Part shown: piece after piece, positions 1 to 9,572 of the stretch
Layout: each line of letters opens with the position of its first letter
Numbering within the stretch: the stretch's first letter is position 1
DNA from: Toensbergia leucococca
Taxonomy: Eukaryota
DNA: 20,000 nucleotides
Direction: 5' to 3'
Assembly: GCA_022813965.1 (NCBI GenBank)
Contig: JALDZS010000053.1
Coordinates: 112,085-132,084 of the forward strand
Position numbers and translations under genes: made by a program
Notes under the pieces: model-generated
The model's database searches: none
What the model was told of the DNA's origin: nothing
What the model saw: only the letters and a program-made list of their open reading frames with translations

Positions 1-315
1 CCTTGATCTGATAATACGGAGTGGACGGTCCCCTGGACTGCCTGCTGGTAATGTTATCCAATTGTCCAATTTTATGTATCGTTGTCTCGCGAGATTAATG
101 CCAATAGCAGGAGACGGGCGATCCCCATGTCTGCTCATTGCCGCAAAATCAAGTTTTTTTGTGCAACAGGCTCCATTGGTGAATGCTCACGTTTCCTACT
201 TTTGAGCGTTACCGATTAGACTTCCACTAAAAAGGACTCCTAGTGCACTGGGAGTTTATCCTTCTTTTTATTTGGACCTTCCCACCCCCATCGAATAGGT
301 CTAGTGTATTGGCAA

Positions 316-2016
316 TCAATTAGTCGATACTTTACAACCTTCTTTGATGGTAATTCGATCAAAAGGGGCATCATAGACTATCCCTTGCAACGTTCGCCGC
401 CTTCGGTAGTATGGATCTGGGCAATCATGGGGCTTGCCATACAGAACTAGATCTGCTACGTCCCCAACCTGAGGATACGGCTTTAACGAAGAGCTGGGCC
501 AGCCAATCGCTGCGCGTGCGTGGGTAGAGACGCAGGCCTGGAATGAGGACTTAGCTGGTACTATATGAAGGTGAGCCAAGTGCAGCACAAACATAAAGTA
601 TTTCTGCGTCGAGCTCTGTCCCAGCCTGGTAGATCCCAACCGCTAGACTCGCAAGGCTCAGGGGATCTACACTTCCTTGAGGCGTGAAAGCGTTCCCAAC
701 TAGATGTCCGCATTAGTACGACCAGGTGACGAAAATTTGAGAGGTTCTCGACTCACCATTGTTCACGCCAAGCGCCGCCCTCATTCTTAAGTTTCGTATC
801 ATCCATGGCACTTGTAGCGTGCCCCTGAATCTTTCTGCGGGCTTATCCCAATCCCTCCCGCTTGGCCTTCCCATCATGAACAAATCACTGGTCGGCAAGC
901 CGATGAACCAAACCGGTAATGCCTCCGTCTTCTGCCTCAACTTCTGCCAATCGTCTTCCTTAAACAAGGTCAAGCGTGAACAGTGCCCTAAACAGATTGT
1001 CTTCCCTTTCATTCCTTTTTCGACCCATCCCTCCTTCCTCAAGACTTCTAATACGAACCAAATTGAAGGCTCTCTCTCCTTCTCGAGATGATAGTCTAAA
1101 TGAAGATCCAGATGCAAACCCACCTTCCCTGCTAGCGCTACGATCCACTCAATATTCGCTCGCTCATTCCCAAGCTGCTTTTCAACATACGGAGCGCTTC
1201 CTATCGATTAGTTAACCATGATACATGCAATCCGACAATTCGATTTCGTAATCGATGGGTGCATCACTAACCCACAGCCTCTACCCCATCCATTCCTACC
1301 GCCTCTTCCACTAGTCTCCTGTTCTCCCCGTCGCTATCCATGACCGCCTCCTGCGCAAAAACACAGATTTGCACCTCGCAACGTGTCTGCCATTCCCTCT
1401 TCAAACGCAAACCTACACGCACACACATCAAACCCACCACTTCATCGACCTCCACGAACGCCCGCATATGCGTTACTCCTGCAGCAGCGCTTTCGGCCAG
1501 AAGCCAGGTGCCACGTTGATAAAGGTCGGGTTCCGTAAATTGAGATTTGGAGGTTGAAGTCAGGGCGAGAGCTTCGGAGAAAGTACCTTTTGTGGGTTGA
1601 TGGGCGGCATGCAAGTTCGAAGAGAGGAGAAAAGCCTATGAGTACTTCGGTTATCAGACATGAGTTCAGAGGCATAGATTTAATTGTTGTACTTTATCGA
1701 GGTGGATATGGGGATGGCAAAGAGAGGGAGCAACAAAGCATTCTTTGCTATTGAACAGATTGGCGGGAGGCGAATCTGGCGTAAGTTGAGGATCATGTGG
1801 AGTTATGGAGGTGATACAGCCGGTCGATGGAGAGATAGAGAGATCGTGGAGAGTTGAAGGGGGATGCTGAGGAAGTCGGACGCCTGGAAGATGGATCCAG
1901 GCGCGTTCTGGGGAGTTGAGTGTCTGAGAATCTAGAACGTGGGCAGTGTCGGACTGGGCGTGTGATATCTCGCTCTCGAGGTCGATGCCGTGGGCGGCGA
2001 GGAAGGCGGTAGCCAT
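316..2016 (-). CDS. Metal-dependent amidohydrolase superfamily protein, bacterial cytosine deaminase (CodA)-like fungal family; 5 exons, ~486 aa
   Basis: Exons 2016-1693, 1635-1272, 1200-757, 699-593 and 537-316 are joined by GT-AG introns of 55-71 nt and give 1461 nt in frame. Motifs: HPHIHLDK (HxH metal ligands), GVTHMRAFVEVD, QICVFAQ, GSAPYVE, LDLHLDY, LGHC, LPTSDL, GVNNVGNAFTPQGSVDPL and GDVADLVL. The start ATG at 2016 is chosen as the first in-frame ATG. Confidence 0.88.
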
Positions 2017-2494
2017 GTTGTCGGCTTTGATGGATGATAATTGAAGTGTAGTTCTATCGGTGGGGCAGGAATTTCTAGAGGACGGCTTAGTCGGACGATG
2101 GAACAACTCTCTATTGATTGACCCATTGACACACGAATGCTGATGTACTTTGCCTGAAAGACATCTAGATCTACTCCGTAAGGTGGGGAGTAGTTCCTCC
2201 TGTGCTACGGAGTACACTAAGGGGAAAACAAGGATGAGGATGATCTGCAGACGGATTACGGATTAAATGAGCCACGAGAATGGCGTGCATGCAACAGAAT
2301 CTCCATTCTCCATCCCAGTTTTCGGAATCGTGCCACATTTTCACTATCCATGTATATGATTGATATCTTTTCTTTGCTTGTACCTTTTCATTATTCTTCT
2401 ATTGCTAGGCATTTGCACTTTGCAATCGCTCCCGTGATGCTTGTTACCAGCAGTACAGTTACCCGGCTTGGATAACGTGTTCCAAATTCCGATC
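2017..2494. promoter_or_regulatory. Short divergent intergenic region, probable bidirectional promoter
   Basis: 478 bp between head-to-head ATGs at 2016 (minus) and 2495 (plus), with a pyrimidine-rich stretch at ~2365-2420. No specific transcription factor site is claimed. Confidence 0.5.
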
Positions 2495-5400
2495 ATGGCC
2501 CTCGTGTCTCCCGCACAATCTCACCTCAGTCCAACTACTGAGCCAAAAGTCGAGTAGGTCTTCCTTGTCATACCCTGAGACTCGAGTCCTGATTTTTGAG
2601 ACAGTATCGTTGGCGTGCCTGCAATTGGGGCAGACCCGCGGGCTACTTGGACCTGTACAAGAGGTGGTGTTTCTTACAATTGGCTAGGAGCTGCGCTCAA
2701 CGATGAGCTTCCCTCGGCCAATGTCGTTCTTTACGATCATCTAAAGCCTGGGGAAAGAGGGTTAGAGCTAAAGCACACGGATGATCCAACGCATAAATCC
2801 TCGGCTGAAACATATGCCTTGGCAGAGGCAGCTGTTGCAGAATATGGGGTAGACGAGTGGGCTGAACGTTTTCTCGACGTTTTGCAGCAGTATAGAAGTT
2901 CTCGAAGAGTAAGCTTCAATCGTGCGATGTCCGTTCGCAACCAGACTTTTTCAGCGAACTACAATACTAATTGACTGTTCCGCTCAGACAGAACAGCGTC
3001 CTATCCTATTTCTGTGTCACAGCACTGGAGGCATTGTTGTCAAGCGGGTAGGTCGATACTCTAAGAACGCTGAATTTACCTATGCTCAGCTCCAGAACTA
3101 GGCACTCAGTAAGAAAGTCATGGAGGGAAAAGCAAGTATAGCGGATGTCTGCATTGGAATTACCTTTTTTGGTGCGTAGTAGACAAATCTGCAGAATGCG
3201 ATCAAAGCTTATTCGAGCTCGTAGCAACACCGCATCATGGTTCGAGCGTGCTTTCTCTGCCAGAATATGTCCGGACAGTTCAGCGAAACTTGGGCTTGAA
3301 ATGGGAAATGTCTAAGCACCTTCGCAAGGACTTTACTTTACAAAACCCGGATCTAGAACTTCTGAATTTCAGATTTGGTGCTGCTGCCCTAGGAGTGAAA
3401 CTTTGGAGCTACTCCGAAACGCAGGATACAAATTTAGAGGTCTTATCTACCGGGGATACAACTGGGGAAACTTTGACGACGCTTGATTTATGCATAGTCG
3501 ATAGCCGATCGGCGAAGATGAGTACGCCAGATGTTCCCATAGAAGAAGAGGAGGTGAAGGAACTCCATTCCACCCATGTTGGAGCTCCTCGATTCACGGA
3601 TGATGACTCGCTTCGGGATCGTTACGTTCAGGATATAATTTCGTTTATACAGACATTCAGCTCCCAAGAACGCGCAGCTCATCGTGCTCTGACTTTAAGC
3701 ATAATGAACGATATCCGAGTTGATGTACACCAATTCTATCAGACTGGTTCTGCCGAAGAGCCAGCGATGAAGATATGGTCCGAACATCCAACGCTGCAAA
3801 CTTTCCTCGACGTGGGCCCTGCCGAGTGTTTGAAGAGGAGGCTTAGAACACCAGCGCAAGTCAAGCAGCCGATGCCAAACGGAATTTCCAAACCGTCCAT
3901 CGAAATTAGGCATCCCACAGAATCTCCGGCGCCTAGGATAGTTGTAGGTAAACTCAAAGGATCCACCGAGCAATCTCCCACACGAAACATGACAGACTCC
4001 CTATCTCCTCCTATTGTAGAACAACCAAGGAGTATTCACACTCATATTCCATCAGTAACTCACGATGGTTCTTCTTTGGGTTCTTCAGGCTATTTGATGC
4101 CTGGAAAAAGCATCACTAAACCATCTACCGAGGGGCCTCCACAACGATCTCATGTCTATCAGTTACCAAGCACTTCTCGTGATCGATTCAGATGGGTTCA
4201 TGTGCCCTATACACACACTGGCTGGGTGCCTGTAAGTTCCATTCCATCCCTCATTTTGCTGGACCTCACTCAAGGTCTACTACAGCATATTCTCACGACA
4301 ATCTCGCAAGAGAAGGCCAACTTGAATCTTCACCAAAAGCTGTTATTAGACCAAATCTGGATATCACAACACAACCGAGCAACCCATGCATCGCCTCATG
4401 CACGTTTTGTGCGCTCGTCATGCAAGAGCCTACTTCCAAGAGGCAAGTCTAAGAAATAAATCAACTAGCCCTTCCCAGAAGTCGAGATCTACTAACGTAC
4501 CAGACAGATTCTCCACATCATCATCGCACTGATGGCCTCAAACTACCCTTTAGTGCTATCGATGAGGCCCAACTTGTTCTTTATGTGAGTCCACCAGATT
4601 TTATCTCCCAGTATCTGCATATTGACTCTCCTTTCAGTTACCCTATTTACATTGGGACAGTTTCAAACATTTGAAAATGCGTGCAGCGGTTGTCAAGAAA
4701 AGAAGAAAACAACCCCTTGCTCGTCCTGTTGATAAGGAGATTTCAAACGGAGACTCGATTGAGAGCAAGCTGATTTGGCAATACTTGACATCGGATAGAC
4801 CGATACATTGTCGACGAACTCTAGATCAATATGGCTATCCGAGTTTACGGAACACTTCTGTGCGAGATGCCGATCAGGTTCTTTACAAACGAACTAGAGT
4901 AAACCAAGAGTCCAAGTCTAGCCGAGAACCTCCTCTGAAGCATATACGTGGGATATGGCGTGCGGTTCGGCCATCTGGGCTTCAGCAAGCCGAGGTCGAA
5001 GAAGGCGACGATGCTGCCAAAGTACTCATGGTCGATCAATTATGGCTTTGGATCTTGGATGACCGTAAGTTTCCATCGTTTATATGCTCCTTTTACAATC
5101 ACTTTGCAAAATCATTGGATTTTTAAAAGCGGACTGTCAGACCTCTCTGTGGTCTTAAACGTGTGCTGATATACTCAACAGAGACGGTGATTACCTTTGC
5201 CGCTCCAAAAGAAGATGAAGACGACGGGATCTCGAAGCAAGGAGATCTTCGAAATAATATTTACCAGGATATTAATGGGGATCTTGCCAGGCAATGCGAG
5301 GACTGCTTTGATTTTGCTGCTCTTGCTGTCTTTCACGCTGTTAACGCTTTGTTGGGTCATACAACCGACATAAGCCTGCATGTGTTCTCTGTCTTTGAGG

Positions 5401-6393
5401 AGTACATTAGTGTATTGGTAAGTCAAGCGTACTACCTGTTAGGTGTATGTGACTAAAAGACTGGCAGACTGAACAACAAACTAAATCGTTCAAAGAATTC
5501 AGAGAAAACCACAAGACGCGGGATCCCAAAGACATTGATACACACCGACTTCCCAGATATGTCGACAACCGAGCAGATCTTGATGCTCTCCTGGAATTAC
5601 GAGACATCGAAGATGAACTCAACACCATCGATAAGCTTCTCAAAGAACAGCACCGTACCGTCGTCGAAATGCTCCAGCAATACGAAGAGCTCAATCGACT
5701 TAACCGAGGTCTAAACGGCATTTCCATCCTCCACGAAGCGAAACACACCATTGACGAATACAAGGAACAAATTGACGCCATGCTCAAAAGTGCTCAAGCT
5801 GCCCAAAAAGCCGTGTGTCTCGTTTCCTCTTTCCAATCCCAAGCTCCACCACCTCCCCTCACTAACTCGTCACCAAAAATACACAGTTCCAGGTTCTCCT
5901 CGACATGAAGCAAAAACAAGCCAACATAGTAGAAGCGCACCTCGCGCGCGAACAAACCGAAGTCGCCGCCGACCAAAGCCGCTCCGTCATGATCTTCACA
6001 ATCTTTACCATCATCTTCCTTCCCCTCTCCTTTTTTGCATCTGTTTTCGGCATCAACGCTCGTGAATGGAGTGGCGTCTCCACCAACCCCGATTTCCACA
6101 CCGTGTTCGTGTACATGGGCGCGATCTCTCTGGGCGTCATTGTTATTGCGCTGCTCGTCGCGTTTAATAAGGCAACTAGGCGCGTCTCGAGGACTGTGTG
6201 GAAGGTTTCGGCGAAGCCGATAACGGACTGGTGGAGAAGGAGGGCCAGGAATGGTACGAAGGGGGACGGTGAGGGGGAGGAGAGGGTGCCGTTGGTTGAA
6301 GTGAGGAGAGATGGTGGGAAAAGGTTGTCGACTGTTTCTATGCATGAGCGGGGGCTTTGGGATGAGGAATTTGGGCTCAAGGGCTTTGAGTGA
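2495..6393 (+). CDS. Alpha/beta-hydrolase (SesB/DUF676-like) fused to a fungal CorA-like Mg2+-transporter-type C-terminal membrane domain; 11 exons, ~1082 aa
   Basis: Exons 2495-2553, 2605-2908, 2988-3047, 3102-3171, 3225-4231, 4286-4442, 4508-4584, 4638-5064, 5182-5417, 5468-5812 and 5887-6393 total 3249 nt in frame. N-terminal motifs: VDIVGVPAIGADPRATWT, RPILFLCHSTGGIVVK (nucleophile elbow), GITFFATPHHGS. C-terminal motifs: RWVHVP, LPYLHWD, RRTLDQYGYPSL..RDADQV, LMVDQLWLWILD, ELRDIEDELNTI, then two TM helices flanking IFLPLSFFASVFGINA (GxN). Confidence 0.85.
4443..4507 (+). other. Non-canonical GC-AG intron in the hydrolase-CorA gene
   Basis: Donor AG|GCAAGT at 4443, branch point ACTAAC at 4491-4496, acceptor CAG ending at 4507. 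Of the combinations tried, only this one keeps the frame into ...AQLVLY|LPYLHWD. Confidence 0.75.
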
Positions 6394-6831
6394 AAGGGGT
6401 GTTTTGGGTGGGGAATAGGGTATCTAAAACTAGTCAACGCATGAGCGATGGTGCGTCGCTGATTTCTGGATCTTTGTGGTATAAGTGGTTTGGGGGTTTG
6501 GGAAAGGAAGGATTTGTAAAGCGCCGTTGAATTTGTGGGTACGAATAAAGGGCCGGGAACGGGCTAGACTAATTTTCGAGAGCTCTCTTTTCCTCTCTCT
6601 CATGTATAGGAGATTGGATCCACTACTCCAGTGTCGAGAGTGAAACATTCGACATGTCTTTTTGATTTGTTGCAGGAAACGATAGGCAATTTATGAGTAT
6701 ATAAAACGAGACGAAAGCATACCCCATTTTTCTTTTAAAGAAAGGTTTCCCGCTGCTCTGCTAGATACCAACCAACGACCCAACTTAAGCCCACCCCCCG
6801 TTCCCACAAAACAATACTGCACCCTTCCCTC

Positions 6832-7322
6832 CTATTCGCCCTCTGAAGCCTCCATCGTCGCAAAAAGCACACTGCTCACCACCCCGCCCGTAAAAACCTC
6901 ACAGCCCTCATTTGGCGTCCCATGCCCCGAATTGAAATACGTATTCAGCATGTCGCCCGTGCAATTCGCGCCCGTGTAGCCCGTCACCGAGGCTTCGGCG
7001 GCGTCAGCGCTGAGGCCGTAGACGAAGTCTATGGAGGAGGTGGTTTGGGCGGGACCGAGGTTGAAGCAGAGGGGGTTGGTGGGGTAGGTCCAGGGGGTTG
7101 GGTTGGGGATCATGTGGGTGGGGTCCTTGTCGCTGGGGGAGGTGGTTAGTGGGGTGGTAGGAGTGGCGGTGGGGCGGGAGGAAAGTACCAGGAGAAGTTA
7201 GGGAGGTAGGCTGTTGCACTTAGGCCTGGGACTGGAGATTGTCTGGAGGAGAGTTTGGGGGCAGCGAGGGTGGTGGTGCTTAGGGCGTAGAGGAGGGAGA
7301 GAATTTGGACTTTTGAATGCAT
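6832..7322 (-). CDS. Small secreted cysteine-containing protein (effector-like); 2 exons, ~144 aa
   Basis: Exon 1 7322-7189, intron 7188-7133 (GTACTT...ACTAAC...CAG), exon 2 7132-6832. The protein starts MHSKVQILSLLYALSTTTLAAPKLSSRQ (signal peptide plus a short pro-region) and has 4 Cys (FSC, PLC, ANC, EGC). A TATA box lies upstream. Confidence 0.82.
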
Positions 7323-7427
7323 GGTTTGTGAGGTGAAATATGGGCGTTGTGAGTTTGAAAATTCTGGTTTTTATTGTGTGGACTGAGGGTTTGATGGGAT
7401 GCCTTTGATTCTGGACATCTTCAGCAC

Positions 7428-7433
7428 TTTATA
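7428..7433 (-). promoter_or_regulatory. TATA box candidate for the small secreted protein gene
   Basis: TATAAA on the minus strand ~105 bp upstream of the ATG at 7322. Confidence 0.5.
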
Positions 7434-7782
7434 GATGGAAATATGTTTGATTGGGAATGGTAGGATTGTCCAGATAGAAGATTTGCGAACAACATCAGTG
7501 CAACGCAAGTTGCTCAGGGGGATTTGATATGACAGAAATAGGAATTAATGAATAGAAGTGCAATAGAAACGAGGATTACGGAATAGAACAATGAAATGGA
7601 GGATTGAAGGGATGAAAGTACAACTCGAGCACGTATGTTGTTACAGATGCAATAGGAATGGTCCTCATGATCAACCAATGAAGGATGATAGGTTGTAAAT
7701 CCTTCATAAAGATGCCAAGGGATGAGATCGTGTTGTAAAGGGAAAGTTGGTAGGAGTAAGAAATAAGGTTGGGTTGCCGGTG

Positions 7783-7852
7783 GATGAAAGATGAAAGATG
7801 AAAGATGAAAGATGAAAGATGAAAGATGAAAGATGAAAGATGAAAGATGAAA
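7783..7852. repeat. Perfect heptanucleotide microsatellite (GATGAAA)10
   Basis: Ten exact head-to-tail copies counted directly, with no spacers. Confidence 0.97.
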
Positions 7853-9572
7853 GGATAGGCTAAGTGAGCATCAACAGTGGGAAATGCAATCTCCGCTTCG
7901 ATGGTGGCTTCATGATTGAATTGTAGGAGAGATGATGTTGAGAAGCTTGTTACGTCTGTGGACAGCAGGTCGGATCGAGGATGAAACAAACGAAAAGCCA
8001 TGCGACGGACGACGTGGCCTAAAGGGCGAAGGTGAAGTAAAGGGTTGCATGTGTAGACGACTGTGTGGCTTGCACGGATCGACGACACTTCCGCAGTAGT
8101 ACCACCCAGCTTCAGCGCCATGTGCGCCTTTGTGTTGTCGAGTTCGGTACGACCGTCGCTGCCGACCAGCCGATTCGTCCAGGCGAAACGGTGGCGATGG
8201 GGAAAGACAAGGTGTGGAAAGTTTAAGACGTAAGGCGGGCCATAGCCACTCTGTCATCTTGGAAGCTGAATCGATGATGAAGCATTTCAACTATTCTATC
8301 AATAATAAACATATCTCAACAATGCCACCAAGACACAATTAAAACAGGAAATTCATCTTTATTTTCCACGAGTGTGATACAGCCGAGGGCCCGAATGATA
8401 GCATACAGGAAATGATGGATCACCGCCTTGACTTCCCCATTGTCAAGGACATGTCATGCAGTCGCTAGGCATGCGGACCAGTACAGAAGTAGAGTACAGA
8501 AAGTCTGAAGTCAGAAAGCCAGAAAGTCGTGGCGATCCGAAGGCTCAGCAAGACATCCGTTTTGATCAAGCTTTTTCCCATCCCAGATTGGGAGCGAGTG
8601 GGACTGTGGGATGAGGCACACTGCTGATCATCATCCAAACCAGACCCTTGCGCCGCCAGCACTTCTCGCGACGACTTGCTTTGATATTCTCTCGCTTTTC
8701 GTTTTCTCGTTTTCTCATTTTCTCATCCGGTCGACTACTCGTAGAATACTCACTCTGTTCTCGGACTCGAGAGTACGTCCTATAACACCTTACCAGATCA
8801 AACTTCCACCATCTCCCTTCTATTTGGCCAGTATCAATGTAGAATTTAGAATTGAAGCAGCGTGTCCTATAATCTCCGGTACTCGATATCCGTAGACTTT
8901 TCTAAACGTGCCAATGATCTACGGATATGGAAAAGGATTGGACAAGCTGAGGGAAGGAATAGGCAGCGCCATTGGATCTTCTGTCCTGATCATCTCCGCA
9001 CACATTGATTCCTTTCCTCGATTGGCGGCTGGCTCTCATCGCCTTGCCTCATTCGGACGACTTCTCGCCTCTGTCGCAATCCCTCGTCTCGTCTCGTTCC
9101 CACCTACCTCCTAGTCTCCTACCTACCGAAGCCTACACGCTACATCCCTAGCCGGCCATTTGCCTTTTCCTTTTCCCATCCAACCCTACCTTAGTCCTCC
9201 ACACACGCCATGCCGCTGTGCCAATCTTCGACTGAACCGTCCCAGGCCAAGACCAGGCATTCACGCCCTAGCAGACTGACAACCGATTCGACTTTCCTTT
9301 GGCACTTTTCCCACGCGACCTTCAGCTTGAGGATCTTCGGCTTTGCAGGCCATAGCCTCGAACAAGCCAACTCTCCCACCGCTCCCAACCCAAATCAGGC
9401 CAGTACCCGGCTAGATCCTATCCGTCAACGGCTCTGCATTCCCCATAAAACCTCCCGCTTTCCTCGTTCAAGGGCCCTCCCTGATTTCAAAAGGTTGTAC
9501 TCGTACACTGCTTCATAATCCCTAATAGTACATAACACTTAATGTTCCTCAAACCGTACCCCAGTCGCGCCT

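Noticed and set aside
759..1754. Plus-strand ORFs overlapping the amidohydrolase
   Set aside because: These are antisense shadows of a well-supported minus-strand gene.
2017..2217. N-terminal extension of the amidohydrolase from a GTG start at 2217
   Set aside because: A non-ATG start is unlikely in a fungal gene. The first in-frame ATG at 2016 has a good context (AACATGG).
5407..6437. Long minus-strand ORFs (126, 183 and 191 aa)
   Set aside because: They are antisense to the CorA-like exons and explained by biased codon composition.
316..7322. Secondary-metabolite biosynthetic gene cluster
   Set aside because: There is no PKS, NRPS, terpene synthase, tailoring oxidoreductase, MFS transporter or Zn2Cys6 regulator in the window.
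7783..7852. CRISPR-like or telomeric array
   Set aside because: The unit is 7 nt with no spacers and is not TTAGGG-like. The context is eukaryotic and internal to a gene-dense region.
7576..8121. 181-aa minus-strand ORF with repeated FIFHLSS
   Set aside because: The repeat is simply the translation of the (GATGAAA)10 microsatellite, and the rest has no recognisable protein features.
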